Source: a virus
Reading direction: 5' to 3' (one strand)
Virus record (IMG/VR): IMGVR_UViG_3300048834_000246
Location: 3,969 to 67,968 of that record
Length of the DNA: 64,000 nt
Positions within the stretch are counted from its first letter, which is position 1; each line of letters begins with the position of its first letter. A model generated the notes under the pieces. That model saw only the letters and a program-made list of their open reading frames with translations. It searched no databases and was not told where the DNA came from. Below, piece by piece: positions 7,260-15,863 of this stretch. The translations under genes were made by a program, and so were the position numbers.

Positions 7260-7322
7260 TAGAGTGGCCGCTACACTAGACTTTTAATCTTTGAGACAGA
7301 GGTTCGAATCCTCTCAGCGGGA
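7250..7322 (+). tRNA. tRNA-Lys(TTT)
   Basis: CCCGTTG/CAGCGGG stem, loop CTTTTAA (weak anticodon stem), canonical T-arm. Confidence 0.75.
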
Positions 7323-7333
7323 CTAAATAACTT

Positions 7334-7407
7334 GGGGAAATCGCCTAACGGAATGGCACCTTCTTTGCAAGAAGGAATAATTGTGGATTCGAATTCCACT
7401 TTCTCCA
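7334..7407 (+). tRNA. tRNA-Ala(TGC)
   Basis: GGGGAAA/TTTCTCC stem with G3.U70, loop TTTGCAA. Confidence 0.85.
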
Positions 7408-7548
7408 CCGGGCGCAACCTGCCGAAAGTGGTTGGCTTAGGGTAGTTGGCTGCAATTACCTACGCTCTATATCATAACGAGGCGTCAAATTACCCACGCC
7501 TACCGGGATTCCGGGCATATAGAGGGGGAATAGATACAAGGAGAGATT

Positions 7549-7794
7549 GTGCAACCTGAACCTACCATAACAATTGTTAGTGGAAGTGATTGGACTCAGT
7601 TATATGTTAATGATGACTGTGTTGAAGAAAATCATAGCATTAGTTTAACTCACGGTTTAGATGCGTTGGATATTCCCTACCAAACTATTTCTGTCGATGA
7701 CGATAGTGTTATGGAAGAAATTTCCGGGTATAATTATTCTCTTCGTAAAGTAAAAGATATTATTGAAAACTCAGGACAACTACCGTTGTTCTAA
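7549..7794 (+). CDS. hypothetical acidic protein (81 aa)
   Basis: AAGGAGAG RBS then GTG. Confidence 0.7.
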   Translation: MQPEPTITIVSGSDWTQLYVNDDCVEENHSISLTHGLDALDIPYQTISVDDDSVMEEISGYNYSLRKVKDIIENSGQLPLF

Positions 7795-7799
7795 AATAT

Positions 7800-7872
7800 G
7801 GTGTTCATGGCCGAGCGGATTAGGCACACGTCTGTGGAACGTGGTAGGTGGGTTCAATTCCCACTGAGTACC
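7800..7872 (+). tRNA. tRNA-His(GTG)
   Basis: G-1 plus GTGTTCA/TGAGTAC-C, loop CTGTGGA. Confidence 0.9.
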
Positions 7873-7887
7873 CCCAAAAGTATCTAT

Positions 7888-7959
7888 GTCCGTATGGTGA
7901 AAAGCATATCACCAATGTCTTCGAAACATTAGTTGTGGGTTGGATTCCTACTACGGACA
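7888..7959 (+). tRNA. tRNA-Arg(TCG)
   Basis: GTCCGTA/TACGGAC stem, loop CTTCGAA; T-loop TTGGATT is non-canonical. Confidence 0.8.
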
Positions 7960-7964
7960 CTAAT

Positions 7965-8039
7965 GCGCTAGTCGTATAACGGCTATTACCGCAGTTTTCC
8001 AAACTGCCGATCAGAGTTCGATTCTCTGCTGGCGCTCCA
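7965..8039 (+). tRNA. tRNA-Gly(TCC)
   Basis: GCGCTAG/CTGGCGC stem, loop TTTCCAA, TCCA end. Confidence 0.9.
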
Positions 8040-8040
8040 C

Positions 8041-8118
8041 GCATCCTTAGCTCAGACTGGTCAGAGCGGCTATCTTGTAAATAGCGGGTCAAGTGTTCGA
8101 ATCACTTAGGATGCTCCA
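8041..8118 (+). tRNA. tRNA-Thr(TGT)
   Basis: GCATCCT/AGGATGC stem, loop CTTGTAA, TCCA end. Confidence 0.9.
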
Positions 8119-8120
8119 AT

Positions 8121-8152
8121 AAAAAAAGAAGCCCTCGGGCTTCTTTTTTTTA
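8121..8152. terminator. bidirectional intrinsic terminator
   Basis: A7-GAAGCC-CTCG-GGCTTC-T8 between convergent units. Confidence 0.9.
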
Positions 8153-8154
8153 TT

Positions 8155-8601
8155 TTAAAGAATGATAAGAAGGAAAACTCCTCCCACAAACCACAGCCAT
8201 AAATTTCTCGGTTTTTCTTGTGCTTGCATTGTTGATGTGTACACCTCCCCTCGACGTTTAGCTTTAACTCGTCGTTGGTTGTTGTGATTGTATTTCGGCT
8301 TACGGCTGTTGCGTGACATTCGCTCACGACGGTAATTTGCGATCTTAGCACGCCGGGTACGACCGGAAATAATTCTATTGCTCTTAGCCATATTACACGA
8401 TCTACATGCTGTCGCTAAGTTTCGAGGATGGTCAGAGCCACCCTTAGACCTGGGATGAATATGGTCTAATTGAAGATACATAGTTGAGTCACAGTAAACA
8501 CAACGAAAATCGTCTCGCTCATAAATGGCGAGACGATCTTCACGACTGATCCAACCTGTGCGGCCACCACGATGCTTACTACGATGCTTCCTTAAAATCA
8601 T
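8155..8601 (-). CDS. HNH endonuclease with a C-terminal hydrophobic helix
   Basis: RDDFRCVYC...LDHIHPRSKGG...NLATACRSCN; ends LWLWFVGGVFLLIIL. Confidence 0.8.
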   Translation of the reverse strand: MILRKHRSKHRGGRTGWISREDRLAIYERDDFRCVYCDSTMYLQLDHIHPRSKGGSDHPRNLATACRSCNMAKSNRIISGRTRRAKIANYRRERMSRNSRKPKYNHNNQRRVKAKRRGEVYTSTMQAQEKPRNLWLWFVGGVFLLIIL

Positions 8602-8613
8602 AAGAAATCCTTA

Positions 8614-9189
8614 CTATCTAGTTAAGGAATTAATCGTGTCAAATCCAACCAGAATTTCTTGGTTTGAACGATTGTCCAACGGAAAAATTACGTCTGGTTT
8701 AATATTATCAATCTCTGTTTCCGACGCGTGCTTCTTAAACTCAGTAATATTCGATTCAAATGTTCGTTCAATTTTTACGATAATAAATCCTCGTTTTCGG
8801 AGAAAATCGGCTTCATTGGGAAACCGACAATCATCAATCACGAATTGAACACCTGGGTTTTGTTGCATCTTCTCGTCTAGACGGAGAAGCCAGAAATCTT
8901 CCACCCCCATATATTTACGCCAGAAGTCTGTCCCATACCATTGAAGAAACGGACGAAAAACTTCATTTTTATGTTTCTCAATTGTTCCCCTGGAAATGGC
9001 GGGGAGTGTGAGGTTAAGATCATTTCCCTTAGTCCTAACAGCATAACTGAGCAATTCAACCACATCGTCTTTTACGGCGTCCGCGAAGGACAATCGTTTG
9101 TAATTACGGTAACTAACGAGTAGTTCTGCGGTCGTTGTTTTTCCGACTCCCATTGGTCCAATAATAGCGATGTTCAACGCGTCTTCCAC
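8614..9189 (-). CDS. deoxynucleoside monophosphate kinase
   Basis: GPMGVGKTT P-loop, FAD.VK, R..LQ.YGT, VIDDCRFPNE and HASE motifs. Confidence 0.85.
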   Translation of the reverse strand: MEDALNIAIIGPMGVGKTTTAELLVSYRNYKRLSFADAVKDDVVELLSYAVRTKGNDLNLTLPAISRGTIEKHKNEVFRPFLQWYGTDFWRKYMGVEDFWLLRLDEKMQQNPGVQFVIDDCRFPNEADFLRKRGFIIVKIERTFESNITEFKKHASETEIDNIKPDVIFPLDNRSNQEILVGFDTINSLTR

Positions 9190-9258
9190 CTTTCGTATGT
9201 GTGATAAATATGAAGAATAAGTTTATGAAAAAAATATTTTGAACGCCAACCAATAGGA

Positions 9259-9720
9259 TTAAAAATTCCCACGTCTTGATCCTTCCCATACTCGATACAT
9301 ATACGCTAATGTTGGTAGTTCTTTAGAAGATACGGCTTGAAGAAGTTGCTCAGTGTTGTCCAGACGCCCTACAAAAGGCATATTCTCAAAGAGTTGTTCT
9401 TGTGGTCCGATGACAATACAGCCTTTCTTTAGCGTGTACGCTCGTCCAAACTCCCAAAATTTCCCCCCTCCAACATGATAACGAGGATCATTGCTCGTAA
9501 ACATAATAAACAAATCGCAATTCGCTACGTCTTTTGAATCACGTACTGCGTCGGCTTGCTTGACCTCAAATGTTCGTGTACTTTCTCGGTCATGTGGCCC
9601 GTCTGGATCGTCTAACCAGGAACTAACAGAAATAAGGGTAGGATCATACGAAATTACTTTGTCTCGAATACCTCTAATTTCGTTTTTTCTATACCATGAA
9701 CCGGCAAAATAGATTTTCAC
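9259..9720 (-). CDS. nucleoside 2-deoxyribosyltransferase/N-glycosidase-like protein
   Basis: MKIYFAG, D..DV..CD, G...EFG.A motifs. Confidence 0.7.
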   Translation of the reverse strand: MKIYFAGSWYRKNEIRGIRDKVISYDPTLISVSSWLDDPDGPHDRESTRTFEVKQADAVRDSKDVANCDLFIMFTSNDPRYHVGGGKFWEFGRAYTLKKGCIVIGPQEQLFENMPFVGRLDNTEQLLQAVSSKELPTLAYMYRVWEGSRRGNF

Positions 9721-9914
9721 TAAAAGTTGTCTCCTTCTTCATTCTCTTCCAAAATCTCTGCTAAAGTATCGCGTACTTCCTCTACTCTGTCAATAGTCTC
9801 TATAGATACCCTACTATTCCTATCGAAATCTTTTAAAACATCACAGAGACAAGCATGTGTAATAAGCAGAAATTCCATATCTATGTTTTTTCTAAAAACG
9901 TTATACCGCCTCAT
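9720..9914 (-). CDS. hypothetical protein (64 aa)
   Basis: Packed within the - strand operon. Confidence 0.55.
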   Translation of the reverse strand: MRRYNVFRKNIDMEFLLITHACLCDVLKDFDRNSRVSIETIDRVEEVRDTLAEILEENEEGDNF

Positions 9915-10161
9915 GGTCTAGCTCCTTATCTTTTGCCTTCTTTGTACGAGACATATCTTTATGGTCATTTAATACGAGAGAATAATTAGGTTCAATTGAC
10001 GGCCCTAGATGTTCATCAAAATAGCGAAGAACATCATCGGATGTGAAGGTTACAAGGACATACCTGGGTGGAGCGCCTTGATAGGCAACATGTTCCAACC
10101 AGTCGTCCGGTAACGACCGTAAGAACGGATAGAACTGTGCGGAACGATACCTGTGTGTCAT
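9901..10161 (-). CDS. hypothetical protein (86 aa)
   Basis: Start overlaps the primase stop. Confidence 0.65.
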   Translation of the reverse strand: MTHRYRSAQFYPFLRSLPDDWLEHVAYQGAPPRYVLVTFTSDDVLRYFDEHLGPSIEPNYSLVLNDHKDMSRTKKAKDKELDHEAV

Positions 10162-12653
10162 TATTCACCTCGCTCTAAGGAATCAGGATTTAACATCGTA
10201 AAGCTGTACAAATTTGTGGGATTTCCTTGCCTCATTTCAATCTTCACAATGGATTCTACATCTTTTGCAAGTTCACGAAGCTGCTGTGCAAGCGCTCTCG
10301 CGTTCGAAACTTGATTCTCATATTCTCGTTCAGAACCGACCGCCTTAGCGGTATTCTTTAGTTCTGCATGGAGTCGAGACGCCGAAATCCAAGAACTGTT
10401 GTTTGGGTAAAAAACACTTCCATCCTCCGGCTTTGTTCCCTTTCGCCGCACCCACAAATCAATCATATTCCACAGCGTAGACGAATCTCTCGCAGTCTGT
10501 TTTTGATTGCTTTCAAGTGTTGAGAGAAGGTCAAGCTCCGGCAAGTCTACTGCTTTAGACGCCGCTAACATAAAGTCAGCATACGCGGCCATACGCAGAT
10601 TATGGGTTCCAGGCTTCCATGTTTTTAACACATTGACAATTTTATTGAGGTCGATAAGAAGTTCACCCCAAAGCTCGTTTCGGTTGTCTCGAATTGCATC
10701 AAGAAGAACCGTAGGGCTGATCTTTTCGTCCCGGCGATCTACGTACAGCACCACGATGCGCGTAGACACATCTGACCGGGTGAACCAGTGGTTCCGTGTG
10801 GTCATTCCGAGGTGACACTTCACCTTAAAGGAAACGTGTTCGTTGGTTGTGTACAGCTTCCGTCGGGTGAACTGAATCCCTGTAGCGACCTCACAGAGCG
10901 CGTCTTCAAGCCACTTGTTCGGGGTATCCACATTATCAAGGAACACATGGTGTGCGTTCGATACGGCGGTTTCAAAGGTACTTCGGTCGGTAGGGATAGA
11001 CGATACTGTTGTTTCCGGACCCGTTAGAAGCTCGCCTACTGCCTGTAGTGCGAGAGATTTACCGGAATCGGTTGGTCCCGCAATAATCAGGTGAGGCTGT
11101 GCATCCATGTATTCCGAGAAGAACAGGGAATATACCCATAGACGGAATAAGGCTTCGGCCTGATCCCGAGTGTGCCGTCCTAGCTGTGTGTCGTAATTAG
11201 GAAGCCCGAAGATTGCTTTTTGAAGCGTGGTGTTTCGCCGCTTTCTTGGTGGTTCTGCGACAAAAGGTGTCATGTTTACGGTATCTCGAAAGAGAATACC
11301 GTCCGTTCCGTTTTGCACCGTGTCGATTGCATCACCACCGTCTAGGCGGTAAACCATACCTTCTCCGTTATAAATATAGAGAAGGTGGTTCTCTTTACTC
11401 CAATAGTAAGATGTTTTTGGAACAACCGGAATTCCTCGATCCTGAACAAACGCGGTGAGCGTTTCATTAATCGCTTTAAATTCAGCTTCTCCATCAACAA
11501 CCCAATAACGAATATTGAGCAGCGTTTTCCAACGCTGATTTGTGGCATTCATTGGAATGATATGATAGCCGTCATAATACAGAGCTTCGTGGCGTTCGGT
11601 ATCCCAATACAAACATCCTGTATCATTCAAGTCTTTCATAATATGTTCACTAATTGACCGGCGTTTTTCAGTTGCCGGTGTGTTTGATTGTGCCCGAATC
11701 TGCTTTAGAACCGAAAGCACAGGTGTCTCAGACGGAGTGTTTGAAATCCTAAATCCACGGTAAATATCCTTCCACAAATCTTCATCGCTGTTGTAACGCC
11801 ACTCTTGATGAAATTTGTCGTTTGCTGAGTTGTACACCAGGGAGAAGCATTCTTCCTGTGTCATTCCTAAATGATAGCAAAGAGAGTAGATTCGCCAAAG
11901 AGCCGCTGATCTGTCCGGTCGAGGTCGGTCAAGAAGATCGGTAAGTTCCGTAGAGAAACTATACGACGCTTCAAGCTCTTCCCTTGACGGAAGATCGTCA
12001 ATATGAGGCGTTTCGGGAATTTTCCCCGTATCGAACAACATTTCCGGGGCAGCTTCCAAATTATCAAAATCTGGAAGCGTGTAGACGTTTTGGCTGTTGT
12101 ACTCAATAACGGAAATGTTATGTGGGGTTTGACGTTTATGTGACGTAGACCCTGGAAGACGAAGCCACTTCGAAAGCGCCCATCCCCCTTTATCTTCTTT
12201 TAGTTTGTGTCCATAAGCAAGGCGGTAGTTGATGCGCTCAACATCCTTCGCTGCATATGGGCGGTCAAGAAGCCAGTATAGGTGATAACGCCCCGGAGAC
12301 GTATTAACAATAATGGACGGTTCCGGCTTGAATGTCTTCGGAGGAATATCCGAGTCATCAAGCTCTACCCAAGCTACATCAAGGAGTTCAACGCTATCGT
12401 CTTTCCCCACATCCTTCCCCCGACGTGTGAAGCCGTGCGGGGTAAAATACACATCCTTTCCAACTGTGTTAATACCAAGCCCGGAAATGCCGGATTCGGA
12501 CAGAGAATGAATATTAGAACGACCCAACCAGTGAATCGTTCCGGGGAAAGTTTGTGTTGAATCAACGATTGCAAAACGGATAAGGTCATTACGTCGAGGA
12601 TCATTAACACCGTTCATCGGGAACAGTGTTTGTAGAAACTCTGTTGTTTGCAT
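10161..12653 (-). CDS. primase-helicase (RepB-like primase fused to a P-loop NTPase)
   Basis: WVELD, SPGRYHLYW and LRLPGS primase motifs; GPTDSGKS Walker A and FLDNVD Walker B. Confidence 0.85.
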   Translation of the reverse strand: MQTTEFLQTLFPMNGVNDPRRNDLIRFAIVDSTQTFPGTIHWLGRSNIHSLSESGISGLGINTVGKDVYFTPHGFTRRGKDVGKDDSVELLDVAWVELDDSDIPPKTFKPEPSIIVNTSPGRYHLYWLLDRPYAAKDVERINYRLAYGHKLKEDKGGWALSKWLRLPGSTSHKRQTPHNISVIEYNSQNVYTLPDFDNLEAAPEMLFDTGKIPETPHIDDLPSREELEASYSFSTELTDLLDRPRPDRSAALWRIYSLCYHLGMTQEECFSLVYNSANDKFHQEWRYNSDEDLWKDIYRGFRISNTPSETPVLSVLKQIRAQSNTPATEKRRSISEHIMKDLNDTGCLYWDTERHEALYYDGYHIIPMNATNQRWKTLLNIRYWVVDGEAEFKAINETLTAFVQDRGIPVVPKTSYYWSKENHLLYIYNGEGMVYRLDGGDAIDTVQNGTDGILFRDTVNMTPFVAEPPRKRRNTTLQKAIFGLPNYDTQLGRHTRDQAEALFRLWVYSLFFSEYMDAQPHLIIAGPTDSGKSLALQAVGELLTGPETTVSSIPTDRSTFETAVSNAHHVFLDNVDTPNKWLEDALCEVATGIQFTRRKLYTTNEHVSFKVKCHLGMTTRNHWFTRSDVSTRIVVLYVDRRDEKISPTVLLDAIRDNRNELWGELLIDLNKIVNVLKTWKPGTHNLRMAAYADFMLAASKAVDLPELDLLSTLESNQKQTARDSSTLWNMIDLWVRRKGTKPEDGSVFYPNNSSWISASRLHAELKNTAKAVGSEREYENQVSNARALAQQLRELAKDVESIVKIEMRQGNPTNLYSFTMLNPDSLERGE

Positions 12654-12821
12654 AAAAAAGAAGACTCCTAACTAAACACTTTTATTCATATTACTTGACG
12701 ACGAAAATAATGTATGTTATTATATATCAAGTAGAAAATAATGTCATAGAACAACTCCCCTCTATCTTCTAAGTGTATTAGTTCTATTCTAACCAACAAA
12801 CCTCGTTAGGTCAAGGATTAC

Positions 12822-13370
12822 ATGGATACGCGTATCGCTCATTATACCCGAAAAGCTCCGTCCTTTGACGAAGTTAAGGTCGAACAATTTCTCACATTCG
12901 TAGCTTTGGGTTACTCGTTTTTGGAATCGTGCGAACGGGCTGACCTTAGCAAAGATACGGTTCGCACTTGGATCAACAAAGGGGGAAACCCCAGAGGTCG
13001 TTCTAAACGAGCGTGTGCGTCTCACGTCCACGTAGAACCCTATTATACGTTTGTTCAACGCTATTTGGAAGCAAAAGACAAGGGACTTCGTAGAAACCCT
13101 CCTGGGGCACCTCATGGGCGGCGACCAAAAGAGATTACCGACGAACAAAAAACGCTTCTGCTTAACGCTATTCGTGAAGGCTGGTCGTATCAAGCAGCGT
13201 GTACAAAAGCCGGTGTTTCCCTCTCCACCTTCGTTTCTTATTTACGTTTAGGTGGCTATCCCCGTAAAATCTCTCCGTACAGAACAATCCACGAAGATCA
13301 TGTACAAGAACCCTACAAGTCGTTTGTAAAAGATATTATACAAGCAGAGGACGAATACTTTGTCTCGTAA
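12822..13370 (+). CDS. tandem-HTH protein related to the small terminase
   Basis: Two internal repeats G.S....C..A..S..T......GG...EPY..FV. Confidence 0.65.
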   Translation: MDTRIAHYTRKAPSFDEVKVEQFLTFVALGYSFLESCERADLSKDTVRTWINKGGNPRGRSKRACASHVHVEPYYTFVQRYLEAKDKGLRRNPPGAPHGRRPKEITDEQKTLLLNAIREGWSYQAACTKAGVSLSTFVSYLRLGGYPRKISPYRTIHEDHVQEPYKSFVKDIIQAEDEYFVS

Positions 13371-13890
13371 AAAAACATTCGACCCGGATAAGGTAATTGA
13401 AGATGTAGAACGGACAAGCCCTCTTGCAAAACGAATGGCGTTAGTTAAAGAAGTCCATCCTGAACGCTCACCTGTTTCTGGAACGTTGTTTGGTATTAGC
13501 GCGGAGCAACGAGTATTACTGTGCGATGCGCTACGGGCGGGTAACTTTAGAAAAACGGCTTGTAATCTTGCGGGAGTAAGTTATACAACATTTAATTCGT
13601 GGATGAAGCGTGGTGGTGATGGAGACGACGGTGAATTAGAAGAGTATGATGAACCGTATAAATCCTTTGTGTTAGACGTGCGTGTAGCCGAAGCGGAGGG
13701 GGAAAGTCATCTTCTTTCAATTATCTCTGGTGCGGCGTTGACCGATTGGAAAGCCGCAAGTTGGATTCTAAATAAGCGTAATAAAGAACACTGGTCGGAT
13801 ACCGACAAAACCTCCATCCAGGTAGGAACAACCGGAGGCGTTTCTATTATTCTCCCGAGCAATGGCCGGGAACTTGAAAAGGGCAAGTAA
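13360..13890 (+). CDS. terminase small subunit (putative)
   Basis: HTH ACNLAGVSYTTFNSW, A..DWKAASWIL; upstream of the large terminase. Confidence 0.7.
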   Translation: MSRKKTFDPDKVIEDVERTSPLAKRMALVKEVHPERSPVSGTLFGISAEQRVLLCDALRAGNFRKTACNLAGVSYTTFNSWMKRGGDGDDGELEEYDEPYKSFVLDVRVAEAEGESHLLSIISGAALTDWKAASWILNKRNKEHWSDTDKTSIQVGTTGGVSIILPSNGRELEKGK

Positions 13891-13895
13891 CTTAC

Positions 13896-14132
13896 ATGAC
13901 AAACGTTTTAGAGGATTTTGATTGTTTACTGTGTGGGGATACAGGAAAGTGGGATGGATCACCACAGCCATGCCCCGAATGTGGGGCGTTTTCCCCTCTA
14001 CGACGAAATCAAGTTCCGAAAAAATGGCGGCAAAAAGATAATTACCAACCTATTGACGGCGGGTTCGCTGGTGATAATAGAAAAGAACGTCGGCGTAAAC
14101 AATCAATTGAACGACGTAGTAAGCGAGACTAA
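13896..14132 (+). CDS. small Zn-finger protein
   Basis: CLLCGDTG...PCPEC and a basic tail. Confidence 0.65.
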   Translation: MTNVLEDFDCLLCGDTGKWDGSPQPCPECGAFSPLRRNQVPKKWRQKDNYQPIDGGFAGDNRKERRRKQSIERRSKRD

Positions 14133-14458
14133 TGATGCCGACAATTATTGAAGATGAAGTTTTGTATTTTGTCGAAGAATCGTGTGTTTTTACGACAAAT
14201 GAAATCGAGCATGAATCGTTTACACGTCCGTATCCGGTAGGTTCCTATGAAGAACCTATCGCTACGTTTGAACTTGTCGATAGAGCGGGAACCGTCATTG
14301 ACACAACAACAGGAACCAGGGTTACGGGAACAAATATGTTTGAAGCAACATTAACCCTTCCAAATGTGAAAGGTCAATATTCGTGGAGAGCAGAGGTAAC
14401 AACGGATTCCTTCACCTACCGGCAACGAGAAAAGATTTATGTCTACCCCTTCGAATAA
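14132..14458 (+). CDS. small Ig-like virion protein
   Basis: Beta-rich; paralog of 3815-4123. Confidence 0.6.
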   Translation: MMPTIIEDEVLYFVEESCVFTTNEIEHESFTRPYPVGSYEEPIATFELVDRAGTVIDTTTGTRVTGTNMFEATLTLPNVKGQYSWRAEVTTDSFTYRQREKIYVYPFE

Positions 14459-15860
14459 AGAAGTTCCTTCAATCAGCCCCCAACCAGGGCCGCAAACAGA
14501 CTTTCTTACGACGGAAGCCGATATTGCTATTTATGGTGGTGCGGCTGGTGGTGGGAAGACGTGGGCGATTCTCGCAGAACCGCTACGACACTATGATAAC
14601 CCAAATTTTTCCGGGGTTATTTTTCGTAGAACGTATCCGATGATTGAAAGCGAAGGCGGGTTATGGTCTGAAAGCCATAAAGTGTATCCGGTCGTTCATG
14701 GAAAATCCAGGCAACGAGACTTGAAATGGATTTTTCCGTCCGGTATGAGTATTCGTTTTGCGCACATGCAGCATGAAGACGATAAACACAATTGGCAAGG
14801 CGCTCAGATTCCGTTTATTGGTTTTGATGAGTTAACCCACTTTTCAGAAGAACAGTTCTTTTATCTTATGTCACGTAACCGTTCTGTATCAGCGGGTATT
14901 AAAGGGTACATTCGAGGGACGTGCAACCCCGACGCACTGTCCTGGGTGAAGAAATTCCTTGCCCCGTGGGTAGACCGCTTCTCTCCGATCAAGGCAGAGA
15001 GTGGGGAAATTCTTTACATGGTTCGTGATGGTGGAACCGTAAAGTGGTATCGGTCGAAAGACGAAGCGATCACCGATCCCGCAAACTCCCACCTTATGAA
15101 TATGGGCGTTCCCCCGGAAGCGCTTATTAAATCCGTTACGTTTATTAAGTCTACGATTCACGATAATAAAATTCTTATTCGAGAACAGCCTGAGTATCTT
15201 GGTAGCCTTATGGCCCTTCCAAAAGTGGAACGGATGCGGTTACTTGATGGGGATTGGGATGTTCTACCAGAAGCCGGAAAGATTTTTGATCGAAACTGGT
15301 TTGAAGTTGTTAAAGAAATTCCGGCAGGAAACGATAAAAATAAAGCCTACGATGTTCGTTTTTGGGACTTCGCGGCAACAGAGAAGGCGCTTAAAGGAAA
15401 CGACCCCGACTGGACCGTGGCAACTCGAATGCGGAAGTTTAACGGAGAATATTTTGTTGTAGACGTGCAGCGGTTCCAAGTTGGCCCAGGCGAAATTGAA
15501 AAACTCATTCAAGTCATTGCATCACAAGACGGTCGAGACGTTCCGATTCGTTGGGAAATTGAAGGCGCGTCGTCTGGAAAAATGGTTTCAAACAGACTTA
15601 CGCAACTTCTCGCAGGATACGATGCGAGAGGAATTAGACCACAAGGCGATAAAGTAAAACGAGCGATGCCCCTTTCGGCTCAATCGGAAGCCGGAAACGT
15701 CAAACTTAAACAGGACACATGGAATGAGTATTGGCTTACCGAGCTACATCACTTTCCCGACGCGGCACACGACGACTGTGTAGACAGTGCTTCCGGGGCG
15801 TTCAACTTTATTTCCAGGTTTGGATTTGAAGTGACCTCCGGCGACGATCTTTGGAGTTAA
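14439..15860 (+). CDS. terminase large subunit
   Basis: GGAAGGGKT Walker A, FDELTHF Walker B, TCNP, WDFA and HDDCVDS. Confidence 0.95.
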   Translation: MSTPSNKEVPSISPQPGPQTDFLTTEADIAIYGGAAGGGKTWAILAEPLRHYDNPNFSGVIFRRTYPMIESEGGLWSESHKVYPVVHGKSRQRDLKWIFPSGMSIRFAHMQHEDDKHNWQGAQIPFIGFDELTHFSEEQFFYLMSRNRSVSAGIKGYIRGTCNPDALSWVKKFLAPWVDRFSPIKAESGEILYMVRDGGTVKWYRSKDEAITDPANSHLMNMGVPPEALIKSVTFIKSTIHDNKILIREQPEYLGSLMALPKVERMRLLDGDWDVLPEAGKIFDRNWFEVVKEIPAGNDKNKAYDVRFWDFAATEKALKGNDPDWTVATRMRKFNGEYFVVDVQRFQVGPGEIEKLIQVIASQDGRDVPIRWEIEGASSGKMVSNRLTQLLAGYDARGIRPQGDKVKRAMPLSAQSEAGNVKLKQDTWNEYWLTELHHFPDAAHDDCVDSASGAFNFISRFGFEVTSGDDLWS

Positions 15861-15863
15861 TTT

